Assembly (NCBI GenBank): GCA_046590195.1
Contig: JBKJTP010000084.1
Location: 1 to 56,169, forward strand
From: Candidatus Kapaibacterium sp.
GTDB lineage: Bacteria > Bacteroidota > Ignavibacteria > Palsa-1295
Reading direction: 5' to 3'
Length of the DNA stretch: 56,169 nt
The stretch's first letter is position 1; every line of letters starts with the position of its first letter. The notes beneath the pieces were generated by a model. The model worked only from the letters and a program-made list of their open reading frames with translations, had not been told where the DNA came from and did not search any database. A program made the position numbers and the translations under genes. Below, one piece after another: positions 45,992 through 54,615 of the stretch.

Positions 45992-48022
45992 ATGATTACT
46001 GTCGGCGGTTTAATTACAGACCCGGATTCCCTGTCATACGAAATCGTATCGACCGGAACCACGGAAGTGTTTATCGACAACACGACTCTGAAGATTCGCC
46101 TAGTTCGTACTGGTAACCTGACGGCTGACGGTGTGACTCTGAAATGCCTATACTCGAAGCTTAAAGAAGTCTGGAAGGCTGATGCCACCCTGATTAAGTA
46201 CGCATTCCCGATGACTCCAATTACCGACGAGCAGTTTGAGTTCTCTAACGGTTGGGATTTGGATAAAACTGTAGTGGCTTCTACATCCATCGTGCATGGC
46301 GGTACCAACTCCGGCACCAATGCGACTTTCGTCATAACGACAACTGGTAACTTCAACACTTCGAACGTTGTTCCCGGCATGTATGTCTCCGGAACCAACG
46401 TTGGCACGGGTGCCCGCGTAGTCACCGTAAACTCTAACACCTCTATCACTGTCAGCGTCGCCAACTCAGGTGCCGTTTCAGGCTCCTTGACCTTCTGGAC
46501 AGACAACGATTACACATATAATCTGATTCGTACCGGTGGTTGGGCTCTCAAAAGCACAGCCGGTGTGACGCAGGAAGAGTGGATTGGCGTCATCTCTCTA
46601 GGTAATCTAGGCGCTGAATTGACTAACAAGACGCTGGCGCTAACGGCTGTAACTACTGCGTCCACAACGTTGACCGTGGCTTCTACGACGGGTCTACAGG
46701 CCGGTTCGTTTGTAACTGGCAAGGGTATCCCATCCGGCACGACCATCGCATCCGTAACCAACTCTACCACCTTTGTGATTTCCAAAACAGTAACCATCGC
46801 CAGCGGCGCGTTGGTTACTGTGCGTCCCAAGGACCAATTGTATTATCAGATTGGTACAGGAACGTCCGCACCAATCAACTTCGGTCTAACAGGTGCCGTT
46901 AACCAAGCTATTAAGACTTACGGTGACGCTTCCAACGGTAACTTCGATTATCGCGGTACCGGCTCCGTTCTAAAGCTATACGTCCGCGAACAGGGCTATA
47001 CCTACGGTAAGCAGAAGAAGGAAGACATCGGTATCAACGCCACGATGACTTACCAGACGTACCGTTTCCCGGTAACCAACGCTTCTGACGCCATCAAAAT
47101 TACCCATACCGACGTACAGATCGACGCCGATAGTAACAACGTCGCAGATGTTGCGCCGTATACCAACATGAACATCAAGTGGTATGCTACTCCACAGTCG
47201 CGCACCATTGGTGGCGTTTCTCGTAACTTCAATATCATCATAGATGCCGATACTACATTAGCTTCCGGGCTTTCTGGTTCTGCCACCGCCGAACAGATTT
47301 ACGAGTTCGTTCAGTGGTCACTACGGCGCGGCGTAGGTACCGACATTGACGCTGATGGTACGACCACCGCAGTCGGCTCGATTACTCGTGACCTCGTACA
47401 GTTCGTCGGTGATACACTATTCACACTATACGATTCGAATGATGGTCACGGTATCTACATTGATAACTTCAGTTCGTCGGATACCAACCGAATCACCTTC
47501 GCCGACAATACCGGCACGAACCGTACATTCCCATATACGGCTGCTGGCACATTGGCTTTCAACAGCAACCTTGTCGCTGACGGTGCAAATGGTATTTACC
47601 GCTTGTTCTTCAACAAGCTATACAATGCCGCATTTGGTACGGCCAATGCCGTCATAGTACTGAAGGCAGACAACTCTACAGCAATCTCGGGAACCATCTC
47701 AGGAGCTAGCATCTCTTTCGATTTCGACTATGACGGCAACACACAGGCAGCATGGGCGGCATCAAGAACGTATGTTATCAACGATGAGTATCGTAATAGC
47801 ACCACTTGGTATCGTGTGACTACTGGCTACACTTCCGGTGGCACATTCGGCGCTACTGACACGACCAATACGACGGTCATCGCCGGTCCATCGGTAAAAC
47901 TGGTTGCCATCGGCCTGTCCAACTCTCAGTACGTGCTTTCCGATGGTACGATTGCTCGGTCGATTGCTAATTCGTTAAGTGCCACGGCCAGCCTTGAGCG
48001 TAATTACAGCAATCCAGTATAA
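45992..48022 (+). CDS. T/A/G-rich virion structural protein (676 aa) related to the preceding gene
   Basis: Carries the same module type (…GMYVSGTNVGTGARVVTVNSNTSITVSVANSGAVSGSLTFW; GSFVTGKGIPSGTTIASVTNSTTFVISKTVTIASGALVTVRP). C-terminal ERNYSNPV parallels DRQYSNPA. Confidence 0.65.
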   Translation: MITVGGLITDPDSLSYEIVSTGTTEVFIDNTTLKIRLVRTGNLTADGVTLKCLYSKLKEVWKADATLIKYAFPMTPITDEQFEFSNGWDLDKTVVASTSIVHGGTNSGTNATFVITTTGNFNTSNVVPGMYVSGTNVGTGARVVTVNSNTSITVSVANSGAVSGSLTFWTDNDYTYNLIRTGGWALKSTAGVTQEEWIGVISLGNLGAELTNKTLALTAVTTASTTLTVASTTGLQAGSFVTGKGIPSGTTIASVTNSTTFVISKTVTIASGALVTVRPKDQLYYQIGTGTSAPINFGLTGAVNQAIKTYGDASNGNFDYRGTGSVLKLYVREQGYTYGKQKKEDIGINATMTYQTYRFPVTNASDAIKITHTDVQIDADSNNVADVAPYTNMNIKWYATPQSRTIGGVSRNFNIIIDADTTLASGLSGSATAEQIYEFVQWSLRRGVGTDIDADGTTTAVGSITRDLVQFVGDTLFTLYDSNDGHGIYIDNFSSSDTNRITFADNTGTNRTFPYTAAGTLAFNSNLVADGANGIYRLFFNKLYNAAFGTANAVIVLKADNSTAISGTISGASISFDFDYDGNTQAAWAASRTYVINDEYRNSTTWYRVTTGYTSGGTFGATDTTNTTVIAGPSVKLVAIGLSNSQYVLSDGTIARSIANSLSATASLERNYSNPV

Positions 48023-48063
48023 GATATTACAGCCGTAACCCTGCGACACGTAAAAAGTTTCAG

Positions 48064-48094
48064 ACTAAATACTCCTACACAACTAGGAGTATTT
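48064..48094 (+). promoter_or_regulatory. ACTAAATA box overlapping an 11-bp hairpin whose 3' arm holds the SD of the LAGLIDADG gene; also terminator-like
   Basis: ACTAAATA at 48064-48071. AAATACTCCTA (48067-48077), loop CACAAC, TAGGAGTATTT (48084-48094), then TTT and ATG at 48098. Confidence 0.6.
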
Positions 48095-48097
48095 TTT

Positions 48098-48766
48098 ATG
48101 GACGACACAATTTTGGATGCATATTTTGCTGGACTGTTCGATGGTGAAGGGTCAGTTGGTATCTACTGCGTCAGCAATGGTAAGGGTAGCAATGAAAAAA
48201 AGTTCTATGCTATCAAGTTAGCAATTGTGGGTACTCATCGTCCTATGATAACAAAAGCATTTAACAACTATGGGGTAGGTAATATATCTACACAGAAGAG
48301 ACAGACATTATCAGTTACTCCGAAGGGAAATTATAGAGTCGAAGATGCTACCGATAATATCAAAATATGCAAACAGGGTTGGGTGTGGTTCGTGACATCC
48401 AAAAGCGAGGTAAAGTCTGTACTGTTAAGATTACTACCATATCTAAATGAAAAGAAATTGCAGGCAGAGATATGTCTCAAATTTGTAACCGGTGAGTTGG
48501 ACGGAGAGACGGCAAGCAATTTATGTAAGGAAGCCAAGAAGTTTAATTTTCCGAACGAGGGCTTTGTTCAAGGTCCGAGACGTTCTGGTGGGCTGCTCGG
48601 TGAAGATAATCCAACTGCCAAGCTCACTATTGCTTCAGCCACTAGTATCAGGCAAGAACACGTTGCTGGGGCTAAGGTAAAAGACCTAGCAGATAAGTGG
48701 GAGGTGTCGCGAGATACGATTTATAGAGTAATACGAAATGAGAGATATTTCGCCAGCACACAATAA
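48098..48766 (+). CDS. LAGLIDADG homing endonuclease (single-motif type) with a C-terminal HTH
   Basis: LDAYFAGLFDGEGSVGIY is a canonical LAGLIDADG motif. C-terminal VKDLADKWEVSRDTIYRVIRNE is HTH-like. AT-rich. Confidence 0.8.
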   Translation: MDDTILDAYFAGLFDGEGSVGIYCVSNGKGSNEKKFYAIKLAIVGTHRPMITKAFNNYGVGNISTQKRQTLSVTPKGNYRVEDATDNIKICKQGWVWFVTSKSEVKSVLLRLLPYLNEKKLQAEICLKFVTGELDGETASNLCKEAKKFNFPNEGFVQGPRRSGGLLGEDNPTAKLTIASATSIRQEHVAGAKVKDLADKWEVSRDTIYRVIRNERYFASTQ

Positions 48767-48787
48767 ACAACTCCTTTCACGCTTGAC

Positions 48788-48795
48788 GATAAATA
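48788..48795 (+). promoter_or_regulatory. late-promoter-like GATAAATA
   Basis: cGATAAATAgt upstream of the SD AAGGAAG and the ATG at 48823. Confidence 0.4.
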
Positions 48796-48822
48796 GTCCT
48801 ATCACTCATTAAGGAAGAAATC

Positions 48823-49092
48823 ATGGCGGACCTTACCACCCTGACCCGTACCGAAATAAGATATGCATTATATCGCTGCCGCTCTGGCGGACCAGACAAG
48901 AAGCACAAGGACGTGCTGGCATTCTTCGCCGCCGACCTCAAGACCTTCGGTATGACCATCTCCACGTTTCCGGATACATGGGACGTTGGTATAAATAACC
49001 CATTAGAGCTTGTCTCCGGGCACATGTTGATTCCGTTGAAAGCGAAAATTACCGACTCCCTATTCAATGATGACGGTACGATAAGAGAATAA
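48823..49092 (+). CDS. hypothetical protein
   Basis: ORF with a good SD. Confidence 0.5.
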   Translation: MADLTTLTRTEIRYALYRCRSGGPDKKHKDVLAFFAADLKTFGMTISTFPDTWDVGINNPLELVSGHMLIPLKAKITDSLFNDDGTIRE

Positions 49093-49098
49093 CCTATA

Positions 49099-49127
49099 TT
49101 GACGGTGATCGGGATTTATTGTACGAT
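49099..49127 (+). promoter_or_regulatory. possible sigma70-type promoter
   Basis: TTGACG, 17-nt spacer, TACGAT. Confidence 0.35.
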
Positions 49128-49155
49128 GTCACGATAAGTAGAAAAGGGCCATACC

Positions 49156-49863
49156 GTGAAGGTAACGTTTAACGGAATACAAAAATTAATCATAATTGAT
49201 ACCGGGGTGACTGAAATTGATGTCAAGGTTGACTTGTATTCCGATTGGAAGGAATGGGTCATATTGAGTGATAACACCAAGTATCCAATTGCATTATCAG
49301 CCATCGGCGGCGACCCTCTTCCCGGCGGTAAATTTCTAGGTTCTACTTTCTTCCTTGAAAATGGGTGGAAGATTAGACCGTATGAAGGGGACCACACACT
49401 AACGCTATCAGGTAATTTATACAGCCGTGATGGTAGTGATGTTACCGTACATACGTTGGGTTCATATAACGTAGCAATCAATCTATCCACTTCTAATCTA
49501 GTGGACACAATCAGCACCAGCGGCTCTACGATTACCGCGAATGAGGTGGCTGAAGCGGTTTGGGACAGAATGGCCGTTTCTAGTACCGATACTGGTAGTT
49601 TCGGTGAATTCATTAACATGATTAAGGCTACTGTTGATTTGAACTTCACTAAATTAGTTGAGGCCAATTCCAAGCTGGATACTGCTACCACGCTCATCCA
49701 GACTTTGATGAAGTACGAGTCCAACAGAACCAAAATCGACCAGACCGCAAAGACTCTGACCGTCTTCGATGATGATGGTATTACGCCATTGAAGGTGTTT
49801 AATCTGAGAGACTTTGCCGGTAATAGTTCTATTACCGAGGTCGCAGAAAAAGTACCAGTCTGA
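49156..49863 (+). CDS. hypothetical structural-type protein (GTG start)
   Basis: The + frame has natural composition (KVTFNGIQKLIIIDTGVTEIDVKVDLYSDWKEWV...). The competing antisense ORF at 49116-49733 looks like off-frame text. Confidence 0.5.
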   Translation: MKVTFNGIQKLIIIDTGVTEIDVKVDLYSDWKEWVILSDNTKYPIALSAIGGDPLPGGKFLGSTFFLENGWKIRPYEGDHTLTLSGNLYSRDGSDVTVHTLGSYNVAINLSTSNLVDTISTSGSTITANEVAEAVWDRMAVSSTDTGSFGEFINMIKATVDLNFTKLVEANSKLDTATTLIQTLMKYESNRTKIDQTAKTLTVFDDDGITPLKVFNLRDFAGNSSITEVAEKVPV

Positions 49864-50216
49864 TGGATAGTTTAGGCGGCATCCTAATCAAGGGGTTGCT
49901 TGGTAATCCAATCCTTGCACAGTTCAGGTTATTTCTCGATGTCACCATTGAAGAAGTAGTAACTGATGACTGGACCGGTGGTCGAAGCCGAGTCTTTATA
50001 AGGGGGGATGAACAGCGTTCAAAGACCGTTAAGATTACTATCCGATACAAAAACATGGAATATGCGAAAGTCTATACATTAACTGAAAGAATGTTGAAGG
50101 TTACGATAAATACTATCAATTACTTGAATACGGTTAAGGATAGGATTCTCGGCCTTTCTGTAAAATTAAAAGAGAAAAAAGTTGTATCTGTGAAGGTTAA
50201 GCGAAATGATGATTGA
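49863..50216 (+). CDS. hypothetical protein
   Basis: ORF with an ATGA-type coupling. Confidence 0.45.
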   Translation: MDSLGGILIKGLLGNPILAQFRLFLDVTIEEVVTDDWTGGRSRVFIRGDEQRSKTVKITIRYKNMEYAKVYTLTERMLKVTINTINYLNTVKDRILGLSVKLKEKKVVSVKVKRNDD

Positions 50217-50628
50217 ACTCGACATTGATAAGGAAAGCTCCTTCACCCTCGAAATGAAAATTGACGGTGATGTGGGAACAAGCCGGCTTCCGTCTATGAG
50301 ATTCTCCATTGTTTCAGAAGACTTCACCTTTTCCATCCCAGCTACCCGCGTTGAAAATGGCATCTATGAAGTCGCCTGCCCGAAGTTAAAGGGTATCCTG
50401 AAGCCGGGTGAGTATGAGGTTATGGTTGAAGTGTTCATTGACGAGAAGCATTTCGTTCCGATGACTGACACCATCCGCATCAAGGAAGAAGTCAAGCCTG
50501 TCGTAACGATGGTTGACAAGAAGAAGCCGGCCAAGGTTACCGAGGTGAGTGTCGCTGTCACGAAAATAGACGCTACTCCCCTCTTCGAAAACAAACTAAC
50601 TAAGACCACCGAAATCATCACTCGTTAA
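50206..50628 (+). CDS. hypothetical protein (beta-rich, Ig-like feel)
   Basis: ORF only. Confidence 0.45.
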   Translation: MMIELDIDKESSFTLEMKIDGDVGTSRLPSMRFSIVSEDFTFSIPATRVENGIYEVACPKLKGILKPGEYEVMVEVFIDEKHFVPMTDTIRIKEEVKPVVTMVDKKKPAKVTEVSVAVTKIDATPLFENKLTKTTEIITR

Positions 50629-50642
50629 CAGGCGTCAAATCA

Positions 50643-51374
50643 ATGGATACCCGCCTGTTAACGGTCAGAAACTTAATCAACTTCTTCACCAAGGGCGATT
50701 CCTCTACTCTGGTCGGCGAATACAACGATCTTTTCTGTCTGATGCTAAGTCAGATGGTATACTTCTCTGACACCTTCATCCGTAAGTACCTCAAGAAGAT
50801 GGGCTGCCAGAGTGTACGCGTTCTGGACTATGATGGCCCCACGGCTGTTTGTGTTCACTTCAACGGCACGAATTACTTCTCCGTCAAGGGTATGACTGGT
50901 CGTCACCGGAAGGACTGGATTCGCGTCCTCCATATCGTCCCGCGTCAGTTCATGGGTATCACGGCCCACGCCGGCTTCGCTCATGCCGCCGAACATTCGC
51001 TCCCACACCTACAAGAATTCCTAGCTAAGCATGAAGGTCCGGTAATACTTACTGGACATTCCATGGGCGGAGCCATTGCTACACTGACCAGTCTGGCCGT
51101 GGATAGTGTCAAAGTGGTAACCTTCGGAGCGCCGAAGAGTGTCCTGTCTGATACGGCCTTTACAGACAAAAACATCAACAACTATCGCATCAACACCGAT
51201 CCCGTTCCATTCCTACCGCCTCTTTTCTATAAGCGTCCGGGAAGCCAGATGCTTCTCAAGCGTGCATGGGATTGGAATCCGTGGATGGGTCATAAGCTTT
51301 TCATCTACAGCACCTTCATCATGCCGCTGATTATGGAAGCCGCCGGTCGCCCATCGGGCTTGTGTCACAGCTAA
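50643..51374 (+). CDS. class-3 lipase / alpha-beta hydrolase
   Basis: Nucleophile elbow LTGHSMGGAIA (GxSxG), preceded by the HAGF pattern typical of the Lipase_3 family. Confidence 0.6.
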   Translation: MDTRLLTVRNLINFFTKGDSSTLVGEYNDLFCLMLSQMVYFSDTFIRKYLKKMGCQSVRVLDYDGPTAVCVHFNGTNYFSVKGMTGRHRKDWIRVLHIVPRQFMGITAHAGFAHAAEHSLPHLQEFLAKHEGPVILTGHSMGGAIATLTSLAVDSVKVVTFGAPKSVLSDTAFTDKNINNYRINTDPVPFLPPLFYKRPGSQMLLKRAWDWNPWMGHKLFIYSTFIMPLIMEAAGRPSGLCHS

Positions 51375-51388
51375 GGACTTGCTATAAT
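51359..51388 (+). promoter_or_regulatory. sigma70-type promoter with an extended -10
   Basis: TTGTGT, 18-nt spacer ending in TGC, TATAAT (51383-51388). Confidence 0.45.
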
Positions 51389-51417
51389 CCTCTGATCGTA
51401 TTACATTAGGAGATTGT

Positions 51418-51900
51418 ATGTCCGGTTTACCATGGTTGACAGAGGAAGAAACTTGGGATGAATACTTTTACAGAGATACCGAAAAGGTAGCTCGTAAGGC
51501 GAAAGACCCGAGTCGAAAAACCGGAGCCATTGCTGTCCGGGATAATATTCCATTGATGACGGGGTTCTGCGGCTTTCCTCGCCGAGTTAATGATCGTATC
51601 CCAGAACGCTACGAGCGAAGTGTAAAGAATCTCTATACCGTCCACGCTGAAGCCAACATTGTGGCATTGGCGGCGCATGAAGGTGTTAGATTGAAGGGTG
51701 CAACGCTTTACAGTAACTTGCATCCATGTATTGTATGTGCTAATCTAATAATCCAAGCTGGGTTTGTACGGGTGGTCTGCAAAAAGCTTCCCGAGAACCC
51801 GATCCGAAATGAAATTTACCGCTTCGACTTAGCCAGAGAGGTGATGTTAGAGGCAGGCATAGAGATTACTGAGGTTGCAGATGAAGATGAACCAGCTTAG
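51418..51900 (+). CDS. dCMP deaminase
   Basis: Zinc-binding motifs HAEANIV and PCIVCANLI (HAE...PCxxC). Confidence 0.85.
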   Translation: MSGLPWLTEEETWDEYFYRDTEKVARKAKDPSRKTGAIAVRDNIPLMTGFCGFPRRVNDRIPERYERSVKNLYTVHAEANIVALAAHEGVRLKGATLYSNLHPCIVCANLIIQAGFVRVVCKKLPENPIRNEIYRFDLAREVMLEAGIEITEVADEDEPA

Positions 51901-52396
51901 AATTGACGAGAGTAATCGTCCGGAACTCATTGTTTTGGTTGGAGTTCCTGCCAGCGGTAAGTCAACGTGGACGAAGCATTTCACCGCCTCTTCCACTAAG
52001 CAGTATAACGTGGTATCCTCGGATGCCGTTATCGAACAGGTGGCTGCGGAGCGTGGTATCACGTACTCCCAAGCTTTCTCGGATGCTATCGGTTTCGCGA
52101 CCGCCAAGACCAAGCAGAATCTGCGTCAGGCGTTCGAATCCGGCGACAACATCATCTACGACCGTACCAACGTGTCGAAGAAGTCACGTCGGGGTCTGTT
52201 GGACCGTGCGAAGCAGTATGGCTACCGAGCCATCGCTGTTGAGTTCAAGACGGAGGATAAAGTAGTGGAACAGCGGCTGAAAACACGTTTCGAAGAGACA
52301 GGCAAAGGTATCCCTCCGGAGGTAATGAAGGATATGTACGCCAAGTGGGAAGCACCGTCGCGGGAAGAGGGCTTTGACGAGATAATCAAAGCATAG
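51875..52396 (+). CDS. P-loop polynucleotide 5'-kinase-like protein (T4 Pnk kinase-domain-like, no phosphatase domain)
   Basis: GVPASGKSTW (T4 GCPGSGKSTW), IIYDRTNVSKKSRR (T4 VIISDTNLNPERR), YGYRAIAVEF, EQRLKTR...IPPEVMKDMY parallel remembered T4 Pnk residues 1-150. Confidence 0.55.
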   Translation: MQMKMNQLRIDESNRPELIVLVGVPASGKSTWTKHFTASSTKQYNVVSSDAVIEQVAAERGITYSQAFSDAIGFATAKTKQNLRQAFESGDNIIYDRTNVSKKSRRGLLDRAKQYGYRAIAVEFKTEDKVVEQRLKTRFEETGKGIPPEVMKDMYAKWEAPSREEGFDEIIKA

Positions 52397-52427
52397 CTCT
52401 CTTCCCTAAATAAGGGAAACAAGAGAG
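52397..52427 (+). promoter_or_regulatory. bulged hairpin with CTAAATA at the loop, upstream of the HNH gene
   Basis: CTCTCTTCCC (52397-52406), T-AAATA-A, GGGAA-ACAA-GAGAG (52414-52427). The AGAGAG SD-like sequence is in the 3' arm. ATG at 52435. Confidence 0.45.
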
Positions 52428-52434
52428 TTGTGCC

Positions 52435-53067
52435 ATGCTAATCAACAAAGAGAACCCATCCGAAATCACCCAAGGCTTCCCGCCAATCCTCGCACTCAAT
52501 GCGGCTGGTGAGGCTGTCGAATGGCTGACTTACGAAGACGCTGCCTGCTACCACGCCAAGGGTAAGATTCTTTGGTCGGTCGGCTCGCACGAGATGAACA
52601 TCCGTGGCGGTACGAATGCTAAGACGGGTCTGCCGACTGTCGTTCGTATCGAGACCATTGTTGCCATCGCCAACGACAAGAGCCCGACACGCTACCACGC
52701 TCGCGACCCGCGTCTGTCCAACAAGACGCTGTTCGAGCGCGACCGTAACCTGTGCGCCTACTGCGGTGAGACGTTCAAGCACAAGGCACTGACGCGCGAC
52801 CACGTTCTGCCGACCTCTAAGGGCGGTAAGGACTCGTGGGCAAACGTGGTCACGGCTTGCGCCGGATGCAACCAGTGGAAGTCCGACCGTACCCCGGAAC
52901 AGGCAGAGATGCCGCTCCTGTACGTTCCGTACACGCCGTCGTACAACGAGAAGCTCATTCTCGACAACCGTAGGATACTTTTTGACCAAATGGAGTTCCT
53001 TATCAAGGGTGTCTCGCCACACAGTCGTGTGTACAAAGAATACATGCGTACTAAGGAAGCGGCCTAG
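52435..53067 (+). CDS. HNH endonuclease
   Basis: CAYCGE......DHVLPTSKGGKDSWANVVTACAGCNQWKSD (CxxC...H..N...CxxC..N..K). Confidence 0.8.
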   Translation: MLINKENPSEITQGFPPILALNAAGEAVEWLTYEDAACYHAKGKILWSVGSHEMNIRGGTNAKTGLPTVVRIETIVAIANDKSPTRYHARDPRLSNKTLFERDRNLCAYCGETFKHKALTRDHVLPTSKGGKDSWANVVTACAGCNQWKSDRTPEQAEMPLLYVPYTPSYNEKLILDNRRILFDQMEFLIKGVSPHSRVYKEYMRTKEAA

Positions 53068-53764
53068 GTAGTAATTGGAAACCCTTATTACTACCAGATG
53101 ATATCGGCTTCTTCCTAATAAAGCTCCCGTACAGTGAATGGTACGGGAGCTTTTCTTTTTCGCAGAACGCCTTTAGATGGTCGATGTCTGCTGTACTCCC
53201 GTCAGGATATACGACCGTCCATTTGTGACCTCTGAAATCAGAGCCGCCCGGCCCCCGAACTGCTCGCATTCTCTCCTTGGTCGAGTCGGAATGCTTGAGC
53301 TTCTTACTGTTCTCACTTAATCGTCGCTTGACCTCATCAGAATGGGTCTTCCCATACATCGGATTCTTTTCTCCCGGAAGGCCGGAGCGTTTTCTTAGTT
53401 CATCGCATATGGTGTATCCGTCACCCCCGGATGTCATGTTACAAAGAGGCCCGCGCTTAAGTTCGGGAATGCACCATTTCGTGCCTATCCGTTCGATCCA
53501 TTCCTTTTCCAATACCATTGCGGCTTCTTCGTCCATATTACTCTCTAGGAAGACGATTTTAGGCACGAACCCCGCATCTACGATTCTTTGTATTTTACCC
53601 TTCTTCAATGAATTATTAGTTCGATGATTTGGGTCTAAATGGCACCACGCCCGCCTTCCCTTACCCTTTCCAATATAGAATGGTTGATGGTCTAGCCTAT
53701 GCCCGTCTTCGGTGGTATACTCTTCTCTTCTCGGGTCGAGATATGCGTACACGTAATATTCCAT
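53051..53764 (-). CDS. GIY-YIG homing endonuclease with NUMOD3-like repeats
   Basis: YVYAYLDP....PFYIGKGKGRR..H, E.EWI, NMTSGGDG, NPMYGKTHSDEVKRRLSE. I prefer the start at ATG 53764 (SD GGAG) over the listed TTG at 53779. Converges on and overlaps the HNH gene by 17 nt. Confidence 0.8.
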   Translation of the reverse strand: MEYYVYAYLDPRREEYTTEDGHRLDHQPFYIGKGKGRRAWCHLDPNHRTNNSLKKGKIQRIVDAGFVPKIVFLESNMDEEAAMVLEKEWIERIGTKWCIPELKRGPLCNMTSGGDGYTICDELRKRSGLPGEKNPMYGKTHSDEVKRRLSENSKKLKHSDSTKERMRAVRGPGGSDFRGHKWTVVYPDGSTADIDHLKAFCEKEKLPYHSLYGSFIRKKPISSGSNKGFQLLPRPLP

Positions 53765-53778
53765 TGAAAACTCCATCA

Positions 53779-53802
53779 AGTCGATACTGTATTTATTCGA
53801 CT
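53779..53802 (-). promoter_or_regulatory. 6-bp hairpin with ATAAATA in the loop (minus strand) upstream of the GIY-YIG gene
   Basis: The minus strand reads AGTCGA-ATAAATACAGTA-TCGACT, immediately before the start region. Confidence 0.4.
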
Positions 53803-53838
53803 AGATGAATTTTCCTAAAGAACGAAAGGTAATCTATT

Positions 53839-54615
53839 ATGAGCGTCAAGATTTACAACGGATTCAGGCTCAAGGGCATCAAGTCGCTAGACAAAGCTTT
53901 CGTAGAGATGCAGACGCTTCGTCCGATCATCCAGCAGGCTGCACAGGTTGAGACATCGAAGATGCTGGCCGGCTTAGCCACTAAATTCTACGATGACGTG
54001 TCGTTATACGAGAAGCCTCTAGGGGATTCCGCCCTGATGTCAGCACTGGATAATGTCACCGCCGCCCTCAAGGAAAGCGCGGCTGAGCGCGCCGCCAGCC
54101 CTTACGACTTGTCCTTCTCCCTTACACTCGGGGTGACCTCAGACAGGCACGTCATCGGTATTCTGTTCTGCACGAACCGTCCGCTTTGCAAGTTGTTTAG
54201 GTCGCTTCCGCTCTATGAAGAGTACGGCTACTGGAACAACACCGACCGTCCGGAAGGTGTAACACTACGTCGTTGGAATAAGCGTAGCGACGACTGGGAG
54301 GAAGTGTTACCAACTGGAATTCCTTCGGAAAGCATGTTCAGTATCGAATTCGTTCCCGAATACTCTGTAGGATTCCCACAGCGGGAGCTAGTACAACAAC
54401 ATATACCAACGTTTGAATATCGCTTGCAACGTGCATTGGAAGCGTATACCATGTCAAACGTCGTGGCGGAGTTCGGTTTCACTACTGCCAGCGAAATGGC
54501 GAAATTCAGAAGCACCGGGGACCGCTATCAAAATAGGCTCGAACTATACCGACCCTTCGTTACCGAGCGTTTGAAGCAAGACCTAACAGCAGAAATATTA
54601 CTAGAGAAAATATAA
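53839..54615 (+). CDS. hypothetical protein
   Basis: 258-aa ORF. No motif recognised. Confidence 0.5.
   Translation: MSVKIYNGFRLKGIKSLDKAFVEMQTLRPIIQQAAQVETSKMLAGLATKFYDDVSLYEKPLGDSALMSALDNVTAALKESAAERAASPYDLSFSLTLGVTSDRHVIGILFCTNRPLCKLFRSLPLYEEYGYWNNTDRPEGVTLRRWNKRSDDWEEVLPTGIPSESMFSIEFVPEYSVGFPQRELVQQHIPTFEYRLQRALEAYTMSNVVAEFGFTTASEMAKFRSTGDRYQNRLELYRPFVTERLKQDLTAEILLEKI

Noticed and set aside
45985-46506. 173-aa minus-strand ORF, and other long antisense ORFs inside the 1075-aa and 676-aa structural genes (for example 44094-44525 and 46510-46830)
   Set aside because: They are shadow ORFs in Thr/Ala/Gly-rich genes. No promoters or SDs are present, and the + frames are continuous across 3.2 and 2.0 kb.
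48023-48822. The LAGLIDADG gene (and other endonuclease genes) might be carried inside a group I intron
   Set aside because: The flanking genes end and start with normal stops, starts, promoters and hairpins. The upstream protein ends with the same YSNP tail as its paralogue. I saw no split exon and could not discern an intron core (P3-P9) by eye. The gene is therefore treated as free-standing, although RNA-structure searches were not possible.
49116-49733. 205-aa minus-strand ORF opposite the ORF at 49156-49863
   Set aside because: All neighbouring genes are on the + strand and translationally coupled, and the + frame has natural composition. The minus frame is S/V/L-rich with no SD. I kept only the + ORF, with moderate confidence.
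52438-53022. 194-aa minus-strand ORF antisense to the HNH gene
   Set aside because: The + frame contains the complete CxxC...DH...N...CxxC HNH signature. The antisense frame is R/V/L-rich shadow text.
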